A stretch of DNA of 64,000 nucleotides. Source: a bacterium (lineage in GTDB: Bacteria; Patescibacteriota; UBA1384; 2-12-FULL-50-11). The DNA lies in assembly GCA_021463485.1 (NCBI GenBank), contig JAJTYJ010000002.1:32673-96672 (forward strand), written 5' to 3'. Positions 58,549-64,000 of the stretch are shown here, one piece after another. Each line of letters starts with the position of its first letter. Positions within the stretch are counted from its first letter, which is position 1. The translations under genes and the position numbers were made by a program. A model generated the notes under the pieces. That model searched no databases. It had not been told where the DNA came from and was given only the letters and a program-made list of their open reading frames with translations.

Positions 58549-59646
58549 ATGAAAAGTAAAAAACGTGTTGTAGTTGGGCTAAGCGGCGGCGTTGATTCCT
58601 CGGTTGCCGCGGCTCTTTTATTGGAACAAGGGTACGATGTTGTCGGAGTTTTTGCTTTAGGCTGGACGGGAACGAAAGATTTTCCGTGCAACTGGCAGTC
58701 TGAAGAGCGCGACGCTAGAGCGGCAGCCGATACGCTCGGCATTCCTTTTCATACGATTAATCTCTCTGAGGAATACGAGAAACTTGTAATCGATGAGTTT
58801 CTTGCAGCGTATCAACATAACGAGACCCCTAATCCGGACGTGTTATGTAATAGCGAGATAAAGTTTAAAGCGCTCTGGGAGGCGTTGCGACAGTTCGAGC
58901 CAGATTACTTTGCAACTGGTCATTACGCCAAAATTGAAAAAAGTAACGGTAACTACGAGATTCTGAAAGGTAGCGACAACAACAAGGATCAAAGCTATTT
59001 CTTATGGCGAGTCGACAAGAAGATGCTGCCAAAAATTCTGTTTCCGCTCGGTGGCTTAGAGAAGCCAAAAGTACGAGAACTAGCCAAGAAGTTTGGCTTA
59101 CCGACGGCGCTTAAGAAAGATAGCCAAGGGGTTTGTTTTATCGGTCCACTTAAAGTCCGAGCTTTTCTCGAGTCTCGTCTCCAAGTTAGACCTGGCGAAG
59201 TAGTGCTGACCGACGGCCGTGTAGTTGCTCGCCACGAGGGCACGCCGCTGTACACAATCGGTCAGCGTTTGGGCGCAGGTTCGGTTAGTTGGACAGGAGA
59301 TGTGCCGCCACTGTTCGTACTAGCTAAGGATCAAAAGAATAATCGGTTAATTGTTGGTAGTGATGAGCAGCTATTTAGTACGACGTTTACGATCGGCCGC
59401 TGTAACTGGTTGGTGGATGAGAATCAGCTGCCAGCTCGTGCCCTGGTTAAGATTAGATATCGATCAGAAGATATCGCCGCAACCGTTCACCGGAGCGATC
59501 AGGATTTTCAGGTGGAGCTACTTGAGAAGGCTCGAGCGATTACGCCTGGACAATCTGCTGTATTTTACGACGAACACGGCGTATTACTTGGGGGCGGAGT
59601 AATTAAAGACGTCGCTACAATTACTGAGCTACTTGCGAGTTTCTAA
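58549..59646 (+). CDS. mnmA: tRNA 2-thiouridine(34) synthase
   Basis: SGGVDS, TPNPDVLCN, ATGHYA, KDQSYFL, DSQGVCF, PGQ. Confidence 0.97.
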   Translation: MKSKKRVVVGLSGGVDSSVAAALLLEQGYDVVGVFALGWTGTKDFPCNWQSEERDARAAADTLGIPFHTINLSEEYEKLVIDEFLAAYQHNETPNPDVLCNSEIKFKALWEALRQFEPDYFATGHYAKIEKSNGNYEILKGSDNNKDQSYFLWRVDKKMLPKILFPLGGLEKPKVRELAKKFGLPTALKKDSQGVCFIGPLKVRAFLESRLQVRPGEVVLTDGRVVARHEGTPLYTIGQRLGAGSVSWTGDVPPLFVLAKDQKNNRLIVGSDEQLFSTTFTIGRCNWLVDENQLPARALVKIRYRSEDIAATVHRSDQDFQVELLEKARAITPGQSAVFYDEHGVLLGGGVIKDVATITELLASF

Positions 59647-59683
59647 CTGGCAAGATACCGTAAGCAAGTACAACGCTATACGG

Positions 59684-60841
59684 ATGCAAGAACTATCGCC
59701 TCAGCAAAAGCGACAACTCTTTTCTAGGTTACTAGTTACTTTTGCTGTGCTATTGGTGTTCGCGGCGGGGATGGTAGCCGGAACCTCGATGGAGCGTCGC
59801 AAAAGCGCGCTCGATTTAACACAGTTTTGGAACGTTTACGGCTTACTCCAGAAGGAATACATCGGTACTCTCGACAAAGAAAAAGCAGTCGAAGGAGCAA
59901 CAAAGGGGTTGGTTGAGAGCCTCGACGACCCGTACTCGAGCTACCTCCCGGCCGACGAGCGCAAGCGACTCGACGAAGAGTTAAGCGGTCAATTTGACGG
60001 GATCGGTGCGATACTTTCTGAAAAAGATAGAAGAACTGAAATCGTCGAGCTTATCCCAGGTTCTCCGGCGGAGAAAGCTGGCCTAAAAGCAAATGATTTA
60101 ATCCTCGCGGTAGACGATCAGCCGACCGAAGGCTTGGTACTGGACGAAGTAGTTTCTAAGATCCGTGGTCCGAAAGATACGACCGTAACGTTATTAGTTG
60201 AGCGCTCTGGTACCGACGATCCGATTGTTTTCAAGATCACTCGGGCAATAATCCAAGTAAAGAGCGTTAAGTCTGAGATGAAGGGTCAAGTCGGGTATAT
60301 CGACATCTCTCAGTTCGGTGACGACACTGTTGAGGGTGTAACGGAAGCGGTGAAGTCTCTGAAGGACAAAAAAGCCAAAGCGATCATCTTAGATTTACGT
60401 AATAATCCTGGTGGCTATCTTAACTCGGTGCCACCGATCGCCGGACTCTTCTTGCCGCCGTCGGTGATCGTGAAGGAAAAATATAAGAGTGGGAAGACCG
60501 ACTCGCTACGCTCAACGAGTGTACCGATTCTGCCCGACACGCCGCTCTTTATTCTCGTTAACGACAGCTCTGCCTCAGCTTCAGAGATTTTAGCTGGCGC
60601 GCTACAGGACTACGACCGGGCGACCTTGATCGGTGAGAAAACGTACGGCAAAGGCTCGGTCCAGGATATTATTCCGCTCTACGGCAGCGCTGCACTTCGC
60701 TTAACGATCGCCGAGTGGTTAACCCCGAAAGATCGAGCGATTAATAAGATGGGGATAGAGCCAGACGTCGTTATCGAAGACAAGATCGAGGGGACCTCAG
60801 ACGCTGTATTAGAAAAAGCGCTTGAGTTAGCTAATAAATAG
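59684..60841 (+). CDS. S41 C-terminal processing protease (PDZ)
   Basis: DPYS, GIGA, DLRNNPGG, SASASE, GKGSVQ. Start set at ATG 59684. Confidence 0.95.
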   Translation: MQELSPQQKRQLFSRLLVTFAVLLVFAAGMVAGTSMERRKSALDLTQFWNVYGLLQKEYIGTLDKEKAVEGATKGLVESLDDPYSSYLPADERKRLDEELSGQFDGIGAILSEKDRRTEIVELIPGSPAEKAGLKANDLILAVDDQPTEGLVLDEVVSKIRGPKDTTVTLLVERSGTDDPIVFKITRAIIQVKSVKSEMKGQVGYIDISQFGDDTVEGVTEAVKSLKDKKAKAIILDLRNNPGGYLNSVPPIAGLFLPPSVIVKEKYKSGKTDSLRSTSVPILPDTPLFILVNDSSASASEILAGALQDYDRATLIGEKTYGKGSVQDIIPLYGSAALRLTIAEWLTPKDRAINKMGIEPDVVIEDKIEGTSDAVLEKALELANK

Positions 60842-60878
60842 CTAGTCGAACAACGAACTAACGCGATATAGTAGAGTT

Positions 60879-61112
60879 ATGGCAGAGGAAGCGTTGATTA
60901 CCGTTGGTGAGGCGCAAGAAGTTATTACTCATGCTGGCTTCCCGGGTGGACGTCGGACGTTAATGATGATTGTTGTTGGTACAATCAGCGTTACCTGCGC
61001 AGTACTATTTGTTATGCTTTTACTTTCGTTCCGAGGCGCCAAGACAGGGTTATCGGCGATATTCCCGTTTCTAGAGAAACCAGAAAATCAAACCCTACAG
61101 ATCGAACCGTAG
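60879..61112 (+). CDS. small single-TM protein
   Basis: 77 aa, one TM; TATAGT 6 nt before the ATG. Confidence 0.55.
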   Translation: MAEEALITVGEAQEVITHAGFPGGRRTLMMIVVGTISVTCAVLFVMLLLSFRGAKTGLSAIFPFLEKPENQTLQIEP

Positions 61113-61151
61113 TCTTGCAAAGACTCAGCGTTGCTCGTATCATTAGCTCAA

Positions 61152-61706
61152 ATGGCATTATGGATTTGGATACTTATCGGTGCGGTCGTTCTCTTTCTGT
61201 TGTGGCTTATTGCTACTTACAACAGTTTAGTAGCGCTAAAAAATAGAACCGATGAGGCGTGGAGCGATATCGATGTCCAGTTAAAACGTCGTTACGATCT
61301 TATCCCGAATTTAGTTGAGACCGTTAAGGGTATCGCTAAGCAAGAACAAACAGTTTTTACCAAAGTAACCGAAGCGCGTGCTGCTGCGATGAACGCACAA
61401 GGGCCGGCCGCCAAAGGAAAGGCCGAGAATATGCTTTCCGAAACGTTGAAGTCGCTATTCGCTGTCTCAGAAGCGTATCCAGATATCAAATCTTCGCAAA
61501 ATTTCCTTCAGCTTCAAACTGAACTGACGGATACGGAAGATAAGATTCAGGCGTCACGCCGCTTCTACAACGCCAACGTTCGGGATCTAAACATTAAGAT
61601 CGAGCAATTTCCAACTTCGCTGTTTGCCGGTATGCTCGGCTACTCACAACGTGAGTTCTTTGAAGCCGCTGAGGGTGAAAAAGAGCCGGTTAAAGTTCAG
61701 TTCTAA
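61152..61706 (+). CDS. lemA: LemA family protein
   Basis: YNSL, QLKRRYDLIPNLV, EAYPDIK, RRFYN. Promoter TTGCAA-17-TATCAT. Confidence 0.95.
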   Translation: MALWIWILIGAVVLFLLWLIATYNSLVALKNRTDEAWSDIDVQLKRRYDLIPNLVETVKGIAKQEQTVFTKVTEARAAAMNAQGPAAKGKAENMLSETLKSLFAVSEAYPDIKSSQNFLQLQTELTDTEDKIQASRRFYNANVRDLNIKIEQFPTSLFAGMLGYSQREFFEAAEGEKEPVKVQF

Positions 61707-61746
61707 TACTTTTACCCGCGACTAAACGGGTATAATTACAGCAGAA

Positions 61747-64000
<2,254 letters not shown>

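Overview
Bacterial chromosomal window in standard genetic code 11. The gene content suggests a Patescibacteria/CPR-type reduced genome (inference): type IV pilus operon, IleRS2-type ileS, short metG, DUF2207, LemA/HtpX and CvpA-CAP. Most of it is housekeeping (ndk, dnaE, rpmA, rplS, gltX, hisS, ileS, murA, dnaX, dnaB, pcrA/uvrD, rsmA, rsmI, metG, tatD, mnmA, partial ligA) plus tRNA-Gln(CTG) and tRNA-Glu(CTC). An AT-richer island at about 29.6-37.4 kb has three parts: (i) a GlnD-like nucleotidyltransferase / histidine phosphatase / dTMP-kinase-like operon; (ii) an unannotated 26-27 aa CPxC zinc-ribbon microprotein, a hypothetical gene and a degenerate M16 peptidase; (iii) a candidate quorum-sensing-like cassette, in which a PhcB-like SAM methyltransferase is flanked by two divergent 7TM-type receptors (one with an HTH-like tail, one a GAF-histidine kinase) and followed by a response regulator. 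Other highlights are a PilB ATPase with an HU/IHF-like N-terminal domain, a membrane-anchored pseudo-P-type-ATPase headpiece, an M48-CHAP fusion, an unassigned structured RNA before metG, and frequent leaderless-type promoters. All family calls come from motif recognition by eye; no database searches were run.
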